Origin: Candidatus Danuiimicrobium aquiferis
Lineage (GTDB): Bacteria; Omnitrophota; Omnitrophia; Omnitrophales; Danuiimicrobiaceae
DNA: 64,000 nucleotides
Direction of reading: 5' to 3'
NCBI GenBank assembly: GCA_001804285.1
Contig: MHFR01000008.1
Location: 2,740 to 66,739, forward strand
Of the stretch, positions 9,801-21,800 are shown piece by piece; position 1 is the stretch's first letter, and each line of letters opens with the position of its first letter. The notes under the pieces were generated by a model. The model was not told the origin of the DNA, did no database searches, and was given only the letters and a program-made list of their open reading frames with translations. Made by a program: the position numbers and the translations under genes.

Positions 9801-12800
9801 GCTTCCCAGGGTTGAATTCCATAAGTTTCAAAATCTTCCTCATGTTGTCTTAAATGAGAATTCAACCCTGACAAACTCACACCGATTTTTTCCGCCGCTT
9901 GTGAAACATTTAAACCGTCCAAAGTTTTCTTTCCGTGCTGGGCGAGAAGATCGGGAATCACAGGCTCCCGCGGTTGCACCCCGTATTTCACCATATCTTC
10001 AGAATAACTTTTAAAATGAAGCGAGAGGCCTGTTTGGCTAACTCCAATCAACTCTGCCGCTTGGGTAACATTTAAACCATTCAAACGTTTTTTCCCATAG
10101 CGCTTGAGAAGCGCGGGAATGTGTTTGGGTCTCTCGATTCCATAGCGGTCAAAATCACCCTGATTCTTTTCCAAATGCTGCCCCAAACCAGCGTGGCTAA
10201 CCTTCATCAACCGAGCTGCTTGCTGGATATTTAAACCACGGAGTCTTTCTTGACCAAATTCTTTTAACCGTTCCGGAATGATTGACAAAAAAGGTTTGAT
10301 ACCATACTTTTTAAGATCTTTTGGGTTTCGTTCAAGATGCTGCGCAAGACCGGAAGGGCTGCTCCCAATCAAATCAGCTGCTTCGGCAATATTGAGACCC
10401 TTTAAACGCTTTTTTCCAAAACGTCTCAGAAGTGCCGGAATTTCCGGTTCTTGAGGAACAATTCCATATCTTTTCAGGTCTTCAGGGTATCTCGTAAAAT
10501 GATCGTACAAACTCCCATAATTGACTTTGATGGTCTGTGCTGTCTGCCGAATATTCAAGCCCCGCAATTTTTCTTTCCCTTTCTTTTCCAGAAGATCAGG
10601 AATGAAAGCTTCAACTTTAACGATCCCAAACCTCTTAAAATTTTTCGGATGCCTTTCCAAATAATCAGCCAAACCTTGTTGAGACACCCCGATTTTTCGC
10701 GCGGCTTGAGAAACATTTAATCCCTTTAACCGTCTTTTGCCAAAATGCTGAAGTAATTGAGGAATTTGCGCCTCACCTTTGACAATTTCGTATTGTCGGG
10801 CGACCTTCGGATGAGTGCCAAAAAATCGTGAGACTGTGGCTGAGGTGACGCCAATTACTCCGGCAACTTGGTTATAACTAAGACCTTTCAATTTTTTTCT
10901 ATATTTTTCCAAAAGCCCGGGCACTGTTGACGGTTTCCACCGGACTTCGGAACGCACCGGAACTGTGTTTTGTTGAAAATAAATTTCTATTAGCGTTTCG
11001 GAAGAAACGATACGATTACGATCGATCACATCAAGCGGTTCTTTTTTGTCACCGTCATATAATATAATTCGCGCGATCTCCGTTCCATCGCGTTCGTGCA
11101 ATTTTAAAATATGGTCTAAAACGTCTCCAAGTTTCACATTCTCGCGTCCCTGATTGATCGAATACACGAATTCTCCTTTCAGCCCATGTATTTCCTGCCC
11201 CATCAAATCCGTTCCTATCTTTGCACGCACTTCGCTACGCGTACTATAAATTTCGTGCAGAGGAGTTTTGCCGGTCTTCATGTATTGAAGCGCTAATAAC
11301 AATAAATAATTGGGGTCATATCGAGGAGCTGAAAAAGCTAATGTAGCATTACCGGTCGTTCCATGCATGCCGGCAAATTTCATCTTCGCTTGGTCACCTA
11401 TTCCTAACCATCCCTTGTATTCCCTTTCTTCCATTTCTTTAACAATCAAATTCGGGTCTCGGGTATATACTGAAATTTTTACTTTTGGATGATCCGTTTC
11501 TCGATCGATCACATTATCAACATACACTTCTATTCCGTCACCGATCATGATCCAATTACCTTTTCTAAAACCCCATAAAAACGGATGCTCTGTTGGTACC
11601 ATGGAACCGATCGGGAGCTTAAATGAATATTTTGAAATTTCGCTTTCCGCTTCCCTCGCCTCAGAACGGTTGGCATAAGAAACAATTATTTTAAATAAAT
11701 CATCTACCCTGTCAGCAAATAAAGATTGCTGCTGTTCCTCGACAAACGTTTGCAAAAGTTTTCTGAGGGACTGCTCATCGCCTTCATCCGCAAGTCTGAG
11801 CCACTGCCCGACTCTCGAAGGATATAGGCCAGCTCTTGCTGAAACTGGCAAGTTTTCTTTAAGCTGCTTCGTGAGCCTTTCAAACCGTGTCGGGCTTTGT
11901 TTCGCAATCGTTTGAATTTTTGCAAGCCGCGAAACTTCCTCCGGACTCAACTCAGCGCCAAAGCCCTGCATCTGGCGAAGGTTCCGCACAAACACACCGT
12001 CGATCTGGAGATGGATCGGAATTGATTGATCGGGATCAAAAAAGTGCTCATCCGAAATAAGAAGATCCATATTGCTGTGCCGGAAATCTTCCGTAAAACC
12101 GAGACGATCGTAATCATAATGGGGATTAGTAAGTTGATCATAAAAATATCCTTTTATAAATTCGCGCCAAGGACTAAAGCCTGCCTTCCTAATCGTCTGC
12201 ATGAGTTGAGAATTTAAGTTCCGCGCAATCACTTGAAGCGCCATGGCAATTGTTTGATACCGATAGGCAAACGCCTGCTCACGCGTCAAATCTTTTGATT
12301 CCTGCCATCCCCCCAAATCATACCAAATCGTTTTTTCTTTCCCTGTCAAATCAATATCTACATTTCCCTGATGGGGTTGATTGGGGAAAAATCCGGCATC
12401 ATTGACTTGTCGCAATGCCCGCCCATACGCTTGATAAACACTCGCCAGTTTCTCTTGAGCTAATTTCCCGACCACCGCTTTTCCATCCACTTGCGCCATC
12501 TGAATACGCCACGTGCGCAACGCCTTACGCCGGGCCGCAGCCAAACTCTTTTGTTCGGCATCCGAAAGTGCACTCGGAATGGCTTCAGCCAATTCATCTA
12601 ATCGCTGATTAAACGCGGCGCCGAAACGCTCATGATGCCCTTTCCTCACAAATGAAATGAAAACACCCAACTCAAAATCATTTTTCTTGAGCTCCGGACT
12701 CGTATACCGGCCGTAAGCCAAAGCAATCGGCCCGCGCAAGCCGGCCGCCGGAAGCGTGTATCTTGCGCGAATGAATTTTTTTCTTGCCGTTTCCGCCCCA

Positions 12801-15800
12801 TGCCCTCCTTCTTGAGAAAAAAGAGGCGGACTTAAAACAGGCCGGCCTTCGCGGTCAAAAGAAATATGGATGCCGAGACTCATCACCTGATCCATTGACA
12901 TATCTCGGACATGAAACGCTGTCGTTCCCCAAGAAGCCCCGAAAAATCCTTGCCCAAAGTTTTCTTTCTTGAATAACACTCCCGTAATTTCCACGGCATC
13001 CATCTCTTCACCGTTGACAACAACCGGTTCCTTCAACGCTATGCGAATGGTCCGGCCTTCGGCCTTGTTTTCCGTTAATTCTTCGTACCCGATTCCCTTC
13101 CATTCATCCGGATAATAAGCAGAAGCTTTTTCGATTTGCGCTTGCAGTTCCGGTGTTAAAGCTTTCCATAGATCGGGAACGTAAGTCATTTCAAGGGGCC
13201 GTGAGCCTTGCCATTCGGCCGTTATTAATGGATCCGTGATGGGGTCAACCACATTTTTTCTTGCCGCCAAAAAGGCGAAGGTGTCTTCCGCCAGCCATTT
13301 CGCTATTTTTTCTCCAATCCCGCGGATTTTATTTTGGGGATCCTTCAGCCATTTCTTGAATTGATCCGCATGATCAAAACTCCGCTCGCCGATTTTCGCA
13401 ACCAATTCCTGAATGACTTGCTCTGATTTGACACCGCTCGCTTGAAACACTTGAGCAATTCTGGCTTTTATCACTTCATTCCAGTCAATCGCACCCGCCC
13501 AAGTTTTTTCCGCACTATCATTATTGAAGCGACCTTCGGACCGACTAAATAACTCTTTATATTTATCCACATTAATCGTCACATAATCATCATAATTGGC
13601 ACGACGACTATAAGTTTTGACATAGCCTTCCTCTTGCAAACGGCGCAAAAAGCCTTCCATTGAAGATGCCTGAAAAACCCATGAAGATATGTTACGAGTC
13701 AGAGCCAGATAGCCTACAAGCAATTTCATAATGCCCCTTCTTTGAGGCATACTAAGTGCTGAAATAACAGAAATTGATCCGGAACCATCAATTTTATAGC
13801 CGACAGAACCAACCACGTTACCATCCGATAGGTTCATCACCGCTAAATGAAACATTTCGCCGGTCCTGGAATGGTGAACAATGAGAAATTTGACAGAAGT
13901 ATTCAAAATTTGTCCCACCGCTTGTTTTAACCGCTGTTCAAGCTCCGCATTCTCTTCCAATTCCCGCATTTCGGAGCGGCGAGCATCGGAATTCTGTCTC
14001 GGTCTTTGTCCGGATAAATACTCATCAATTGAAACTCGCCTTAGTATTTTTTTCAAGCGGTTAAACGTATGCCTGATCGAGCCGATAGAGATACCGGTTC
14101 TTTCTGACAAAGCGTCCATGCTCGAGAGCACAAAACCTTGATCGAATTCTTCCAAAATTCGGTTTGCGACCCGTCGCTCTTTGACCGGGAAAGATTTAAT
14201 CGCTTCATCAACGATTATTTCCAGCATGAAACGCCGTTCCGTTTCGGACGCCCGAAAATCATCAATGGCGGCTATCAGAACCATTTTGCCGCCGATATTA
14301 GCCCAATCCTTCCTCAACCCTAATTGCGAAAGGGTCAGGAAATCTTTGTACGACCTTCTCTCTTTCACAAGACCAACTTCTTCATATTTGATCTTGTTAG
14401 CATTTAACGCGTTGTATATGACGAAACGATTTTCAACTAAACCTTCCGAGAAATCGACCACGTTTCTGACGGTGGGCGCAATGTCCGCCGGCACTTTAGA
14501 AACCAACATTTTAAGAAAACTTTTCCGCTGATCCTTGGTTTTCGGCAACACTCTTTCCCTTACCAAGCCGAGCTCTTCGTAATTCATATCGTGCGTATTC
14601 ATCGCCGATCGAATTTGCCGGGCAGTAACCGTTCCATTCGATTGATCCGCCACATTGTTCACCGTTGGCGGAAGCCCAGGAGGTAATTTCTCGATTAGTC
14701 TGCGCAAGAATTCTTTCCATTCTCCTGTAGCTCTGGCTGGGGGCAACGCTTTCTCCATCCCGACTTCCTGGAAAGAAATTGAATGAAAGACAATCGCTGC
14801 GCGAATTTGTTCAGGCGTATGTTTTCCGCCGGAAAAAGCTGCGACATTTCTCGCGGTTCGCTTCAATCCGGAAGGAATTTTCCCTGCAATAGCAGAAAGT
14901 TCGGCAATCCATTCTGAGCGCGACCTTTTCAAATCTGTTTCATTTATCATCCCGACTTCTTGAAAAGTAATTCCGTGGTAATATAAGGCGTGCCAAATTC
15001 CAACCCCCGTTACTTCCCGGCCCGAAATATCCGCAACATTACGCGTCGTAGGTAGAGTGCCGGCCGGTAATTCCGCGACCCTGGCTTTTAAATATGCAAT
15101 CCATTCCTCTCGAGACTTGAACTCCCTGGTACTACGGGCCATTCCAACAGTTCTGTAAGGAATATCGTGCTTCCACAATGCCATTGTAATTTGCCGCTCT
15201 GAAAGAAAACTTCCCCACACGCCGGCGAGAACTTCAGGTGTTGCCGCTCTCCAGTGAGGAAGAAGTGTCACAAGGCCTTTTAATAATCTGATCCACTCAT
15301 TACGATTTTTTTTCTTCTTTCTCAGCAGCTGTTTAAGCTCTTTCCCGATAGCGGGACTCACCCGTTTTTCTCCTCGCGTGTCTCTCATTCTCTTTGCGCG
15401 ATCAGCGAGGCCATAATTCTGGATGCGCTCCCAAACTGTTGTCATATTGACATGCATACGTTTTGCCATCTTTTCCAAATGAGCATGATATTTTGCAAGC
15501 AATTTTTTAAAACGCTGCAGTTGAGAACGGTAACGCGCGGCGTTTTTCTCAAGCCCGAATCGCCTGATTTGACTGACAATAGCAGAACTCTTAACTCCTC
15601 CTAAATCTTCCGAGACTAATTTTAGATTCGCGCCTCGTTTTCTTAAGAGCTGATTCAGCACACCTTTGGTCACCCATCCAGCTTGTCTTGCCCGCAGCTC
15701 GGCCCTTGGCGAAACACTTTGTACACGCCAAGGACTCTCGTTCGTTTCGATTGATGACTGATTGGAACTTTCTTTATTGTTACGAACTTCGGAGCGATGC

Positions 15801-18800
15801 CTCAATGCATCGCCCGAAACAGTCTCGGATTTAACCGAAATCCGAGGCGGCTCGGACATCGCAACGGTTGGTTGCGATGCCGGAGCAGTCCTTAACTCCG
15901 CTCGCGATTCGTCGTGAGCTTCGGCATGGCGTGCTTGACTCTGCATAATACCTGTGCTAAATTTACTACCAATATGAGTACGTTGGTCCGAAAATATATC
16001 AGTATCAATCCTGCTATCTGCCATGGAAAGCCCTGTTTTCGCGGTACCCGGATTCCTGTATCCTTGATCCTGCAAATGCTTGAGGGGGGCGACTCTGTCA
16101 GCGCCATTCTGCGCGGATATCCTTCCCTTTCCAAGAAAGCGATCCAGGCTGCGTTGGAGTTTGCCAGCGAAGTCATTGACAAAAACCGTTTGAGCGCCCG
16201 TGTCCTCGCTGCTTAAATTTCGAATTCTCGCCGACGAAATGATCCACCAAGATGTTATCCGGTTGTTGATCAGTTTAGGAAGCGACGTTATCAGAACTCC
16301 AAAAGGATTCAAAAATGGCCAGGTATTCCAACTCGCAAAAAAAGAAGCGAGAATCTTACTCACCCAAGATAAAGACTTTTCCGACAGTAAACGATATCCA
16401 CCCTCTCTGACTGCAGGAATCATTTGCTTGCGCGTTTTTCCGCCGACCATCGCCAATCTGCTATCCCATGTCAAGAAATTCATCCATAAAACAACACCGG
16501 CTGACATCAAAGGGGAACTGACCATCCTTTCATAAAACGCGATCCCACGCCGCGTTTCGGAACGGCTTTCGCGTTCCTGCTCCCTTTTTGGCTGACTGTC
16601 ACCTGTTCGCAATCCGGAGGCATCAAGAAAACCACCTTGACTGTGGTTGAAATACAGAGCGACATCACTCAGTTTGCCACTACTGACAATAAGCCTTAGC
16701 GCTTCAAACTGGCCATAAAGAAAGCGCACATTTTTTTTCAATGCCCGGTATTTTGCTGTACTGGGAAACCAAGCTAAAGTTGCTTCGATTATTCCAAGTG
16801 CGGTATCCAAAGCATGTCCGACCATAATATCTCCCGACAAAGAACGCTCCTGCCTTTTTCTGCCGATTTTTCTGCCAACGATCGGATAAACAACCTCGGA
16901 CAACGGTTTCTTAATCTTTTCCAAAGCCGTCATGAATTCGGAATCCAATTCGCCGACTTTTGCTGCGTCACCCGCGTATCTCTCAACAAGCGTTTCAAGT
17001 TGAGGCCGCAGCCGGTCAATTTGATCCAGCACTTCAAGAATCGCTTTTTCATCCTGTTCAAGTCCCTCAACCTTGCCTTGCCTCGCTTCGGATCTTGATG
17101 CGGTACCTTGACTAAAAACACCTGCCGTGATAAACTCCCGCAGAGGTAAAACGAATGGACCCTTTAATCCAAAAATATCTGATAATTGACTCCAAAATCC
17201 AACACGGAAAACCTTGCTTCCGGGGAACCCGGATTCCGGTTTATGCGGTACTTGAGCTCTTAGAGGGCGGGGTGAAACCGGAAGAGATTGTGGGCGAGAA
17301 TTATTATCCGAATCTAAGTCTTGAACATATCCGAATTGCATTGCGCTTTGCAGCCCAATGGGCGAAAAACCAAGAATACTTTCCTTTTGAACAAACAACC
17401 TGAGCTTTTGAATGAAATTCCTCATTGACGAGGACATTCCCCTCAAACTCCTCAAAACACTTCTAACGCTTGGCCATGACTGTGTCCGCGCAACACCGGC
17501 TTCATCGGATCTCGAAGTGGTTGAGCGAGCTGAAAAGGAAGAAAGAATTCTGATCACTCTGGACAAAGACTTCACTAATATCACGATATACCCGCCGACG
17601 AAATTTAATATCGTCCGAATCCAAATCCATCCTCCGTATGCCGATACGATTATCGAAGCATTCCAAAAACTCTTAAATTCCGTTCCAGCGAAGGACTTCC
17701 AAGGATTAATCATTCTCCAGCCCAAAGGCCATATCCGCGTCATTCCGTAAACACGTTCCCGCGGCACTTCTAATCTCTGATTTTCCCGCGCTTCGGCCCT
17801 TGAACTGACTGTCATCCTGAGGGAGTCCGAAGAACGACTCTCCGCCACTAAAGCGTGGGCGGATCCGGCCGCGCTGTTTGGCGGAGAAGGATCTCCGGTT
17901 ATTGTCTCTGTCCGTGGCTTCCCCCCGGGCAAGCCCGGGGCACCTTTCAAAATCTGGCCTCGCTTGGAATTTTCTCTTTCCATGCTCGGCACGCCCTTCG
18001 GGCGCCATTCACCCCCGGGCAAGCCCGGGGAGCTCAAAGCGGCGTTTAGATCCTTCGACTCGCTCCGCTCGCTCAGGATGACTCCGACCCTACGCAGCTC
18101 GGAGCGGATCCCTTCTTTGATCCAAATAGATCCATCCGTCGGCTTTCCATACGACTGGCTGTCATAGAATGCACTTTCTATCATGTTCATGTCGAAAAGC
18201 TGGTTCATCCGAACACGGTGATATCCTGGGAAATTGGAATCACCCCCTTGGAAAGAAATCACGATCGGCGGGAATACAGTCCCTTCAGAAAGTATCTGTC
18301 CAAAATTCAAATCAGCTTTTTGTAAATAATAAGTTGTCCGCTCTCCGAAAATATCTCTGAAATCACCTTTCTTTGAAAATTCACGTTCATGATAAACAAT
18401 CGTCCGATTTACCGGTGGCATCCGGTTGCCGTATGACCACTGAAAACGGATCTCATAGTCATTCGGATTTCCACCCTTAACCACTTCAATATTGGTTGCC
18501 CCCAACGCTTCTAATTCCCACAATATCGGGATTTTGGTGTTTCCGATTGCCCACAAAGCCGGATAATCAATATAACCTTTTACAAGTAAACTCGAGCGGT
18601 AGGCCTCCTTCAATTCCTTGACATCTTTCTCCTGCACATCAAAACCAAACGGCAACGCATCATAGAAATGCATTTCTTTTGCATCCGTCATCAAAAGAGG
18701 CGCGATCACATCTGCGCCAGAAAACGGATAACTTAAAACGCCACCATCAAATCCGTTCTTCTTCAATTCCGCGTGGATCTTCGCATAAGCCAAAGAGACC

Positions 18801-21800
18801 GCCCCTGAGATGAAACGGTTTTCTATAGCTGTCCTGTGAATGAGCAGTTCTTTCGGAAAACGTTTAGACTCAAACAATCTCCGTGCAGCCATATGAAATA
18901 GAACTGTTTGGAATTGAAAAGTTTTTTCAAGAAGAATTGCTCGATACACCTGCTGTTCAACGGTGAATGCTAAGCCCACTAAACGTGCTCTCTCTTCCGG
19001 TTGGTTTCTCAACTGTGGAAAAAATACTTTCAAAATCATATCATGCGAACTTTTTCCGATTGTAAGCACCAGTGGACCATCAGGAGTTAAAGGATCTGCT
19101 TTCGCTATATCAAGCCGCTCGCGAATCAATTCTTTGACAAAAATTCCTTCGGTTTCCAACCTTGTCACAATCACTTCATCTGGATTTGAAGGCATTCGCT
19201 TTCCACCTGTAGCGTCTTTAGTCCCAAGCCTGGGAAGAAGAAATACTTGAAATAAGCGAGCCCGGTCATCATCGTTCCCCGCCAAAAGATCGATTCTTTT
19301 CTTGGCTTGGACAAGAAAATCGATAACATCTTTAAGCGGATCTTCATGGTTAACTTCCTCTAAACGATCAACCCCCGGCGTCGCAAACGATTTTAAAATA
19401 TAGGCTGCCAGCTGTATTAGCTTTTGAACTGACGAGTCGTCATCGGCAATTTGATTTCTTTCCATCTGACCTTTCAAAATCTTTAACTGACTGCGTGAGA
19501 TTCCGTAAAGCTGCGTCTGCTGTCTGCTTTCTGCATCTAACAAAGCTTGTATAAAACGAGGACCTGCTTTTTGATCGCGTTTTAAAAGCCCTTTATCAGC
19601 CGCAGCGATCAAACGATCAGCTGTTTTGACAAGTTGAGGAACCGATTCTACCGTTTGCCCATCGAGCGAGCGCACTTCGGCACGTTTGGCTAACACATGG
19701 TCCGCCAAAGTACTCTTGCGCGTCTTGATTGATGCCTGGTTGGAACTATTGTCATTGTTACGAACTTCGGACCGTGTAACGAGTACGGCGCGTTTAAGCC
19801 ATTCGTCGAAATGTTTGAGCGCCTCGGCGGAGACAGCGAATCCATCTGTTAGAGCCTCGCCCGACAAAAGAATTTTATTCCGCCCGGACAAGTATGTCTC
19901 GGTAACTAACAATGAATCTAAGTAAGACTCAAATCCGTTCGGGTCTTCCCGGTATTCTTCGTCCCCATCATCATCAAACAACATCTGATTCATTTCCGTT
20001 TCGATTTCAGTCATCGCCTCATCAAGAATATCCATAAAAAGATTTAGATCAATCCGCGTTTGCTGAAGGCGTTCTTTTGCTTCTATTTTGATGGTGGCCG
20101 GAAGTTCTTCGTTATACCGAATACTAAATTCCCGCAGCAAGTCGGCGTTTGTTGCCAGCGAAATCCCGAAATGTTCTCGCTTTATTTCTTGCATGAAGCG
20201 CAACGCGTGTTTGGCTGCTAACTCAGAGATCAAATCTATCAGCAGCGGGCCTTGCTCAAGTTGTGCAGTCCCTTGCTCTTTTGTTGTCGGATAATCCACC
20301 AAATCCGTTCCACTTTTCCGCATTCGCTCATGAACTGAATAATTCCGGTCCAGCATTTTTCGATACGTCTTCTTCAACACTTCCTCCGCCGCATAGGGTG
20401 TTACCGTTTGAGAATGTGTTGCATAATAATCTGTAAGCACCTGGCTGAATCGAGCCCTGAAGCTCTGTTGATGCGATAGAACCCCACTGAATAGTGTGTC
20501 GTAAAGCCCCCGAACCTCGGCCCTGGCAGTGGCAGTCTTCTGCCCGCGCCACAACTGCCAGGACACTTGCGCGCCTGGTTGAATCTCCGCTTTTGTATTA
20601 TCATTATTGAAGCGCGCTTCGGCCCTCGCTCGGTTCCTTTGTGCATCGCGAGGACTCTTATTCGTCACAATTGATAACTGGTTGGAACTACTTTCAAGGT
20701 TACGAACTTCGGCCCGGGGAAAGATACGGGCCCGTTTGAATCGCTCTGCTTTATTCCCTCCCATTTGTTCGGGAGTAGGAGATGTCAGGCCCATCGATGT
20801 GGCTGTCAATTCGCCGTCAACGACAGCAAGGGCCCGCTGCTGATGGTCTGCCGCTTCTCTCGCCAATGAAGCGAATCGGCTACGATCTTTTTCACCAACA
20901 TCTTCTCCTGACGAAAAAAAGTTGGTGTCAAAATCTCCGGCCCACGGCGCCAGATAAAGCAAGACGTCGATTCCTATCTTGTATTGTTTTGAAATTTCCT
21001 TTAGCGGCTCTAAAAATATTGTCGTGGTATTTCGGTGGTGATGATGCCGGTCCTCCCAATGCGGAAGAATGACCGACCACGAAATGCCGTCCGCACGGCC
21101 CGATTCCAACGCCGCCCGGTGTTGGCGGTAAAACGTTTCGAGGCGCTTTTTCATGCGGGCCGTCGCATCCTGAATCGCCCAGTCCGGCGCCAACCCAATT
21201 CCCCGCTGATACGCGGCAACTTCTTCATCGAGCCACTTCACTCTGATTTTGCCGGGCAATCCTTCCCGCAACACCGCGGCTTCACCCGCTATTTCTTTCC
21301 GCCGGATGACACGCCGCATCAATTCTTCAATTTCAAAATTTACCGCCTCACCCACTTTCCAATTCTGAATGAAACGGAGAAGTTTTTCGGGATTCGCAAA
21401 ACAATTTAGTTTTTCTCTGATCACCGGATCGATCTGAGTTCCTTTTTTATCCAATTCCTGAAGCACTCTTTGATAAAATGCATGGACATACTGAATGGTG
21501 CGGTAGAAACGGCTGTTGGGCCGGTACACTTGCTTAAGCTTCCTCATCGCCCAGCGGATTTCCTCTTCTTTGAAATCTGCCACACCCGTGTGGCCCGATC
21601 CGGCCACCCAATTTTCGACCTTCATTCCTTGGCCTAACGCATCAATCATGGCAGCGGCCGCCGCGACCACATCGTCGTCAGGATGAGGAGAAGCTATCAT
21701 CAACGGAACGTCCTTGTTCAAACGAAGCTGAAAATTTTCCTGAGCGTTAACAATTTCACCATTCTCAATCCGTACCACAGTAAACGGATTTGCATATTCA

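Noticed and set aside
9570-10930. A periodic 150-nt DNA unit as a possible CRISPR or non-coding repeat.
   Set aside because: The units are in-frame, with protein-level conservation and synonymous variation. They are coding HTH-like repeats of the giant protein.
17412-17750. A hydrophobic stretch in the giant-frame translation (…SFWNASIIVSAYGGWIWIRTILNFVGGYIVILVKSL…) that looks like TM helices.
   Set aside because: It is the antisense of the DUF5615 coding sequence. The hydrophobicity is a known artefact of reading Phe/Ile/Val-rich antisense codons, not evidence of a membrane domain.
17706-18167. Small ORFs on both strands (17706..18008 −; 17855..18049 +; 17878..18081 +; 17964..18167 +) over the hairpin-repeat cluster.
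   Set aside because: They lie entirely within a stack of cccgggcaagcccgggg and related palindromes. They are repeat translations that are Arg/Pro/Gly-rich, not genes.
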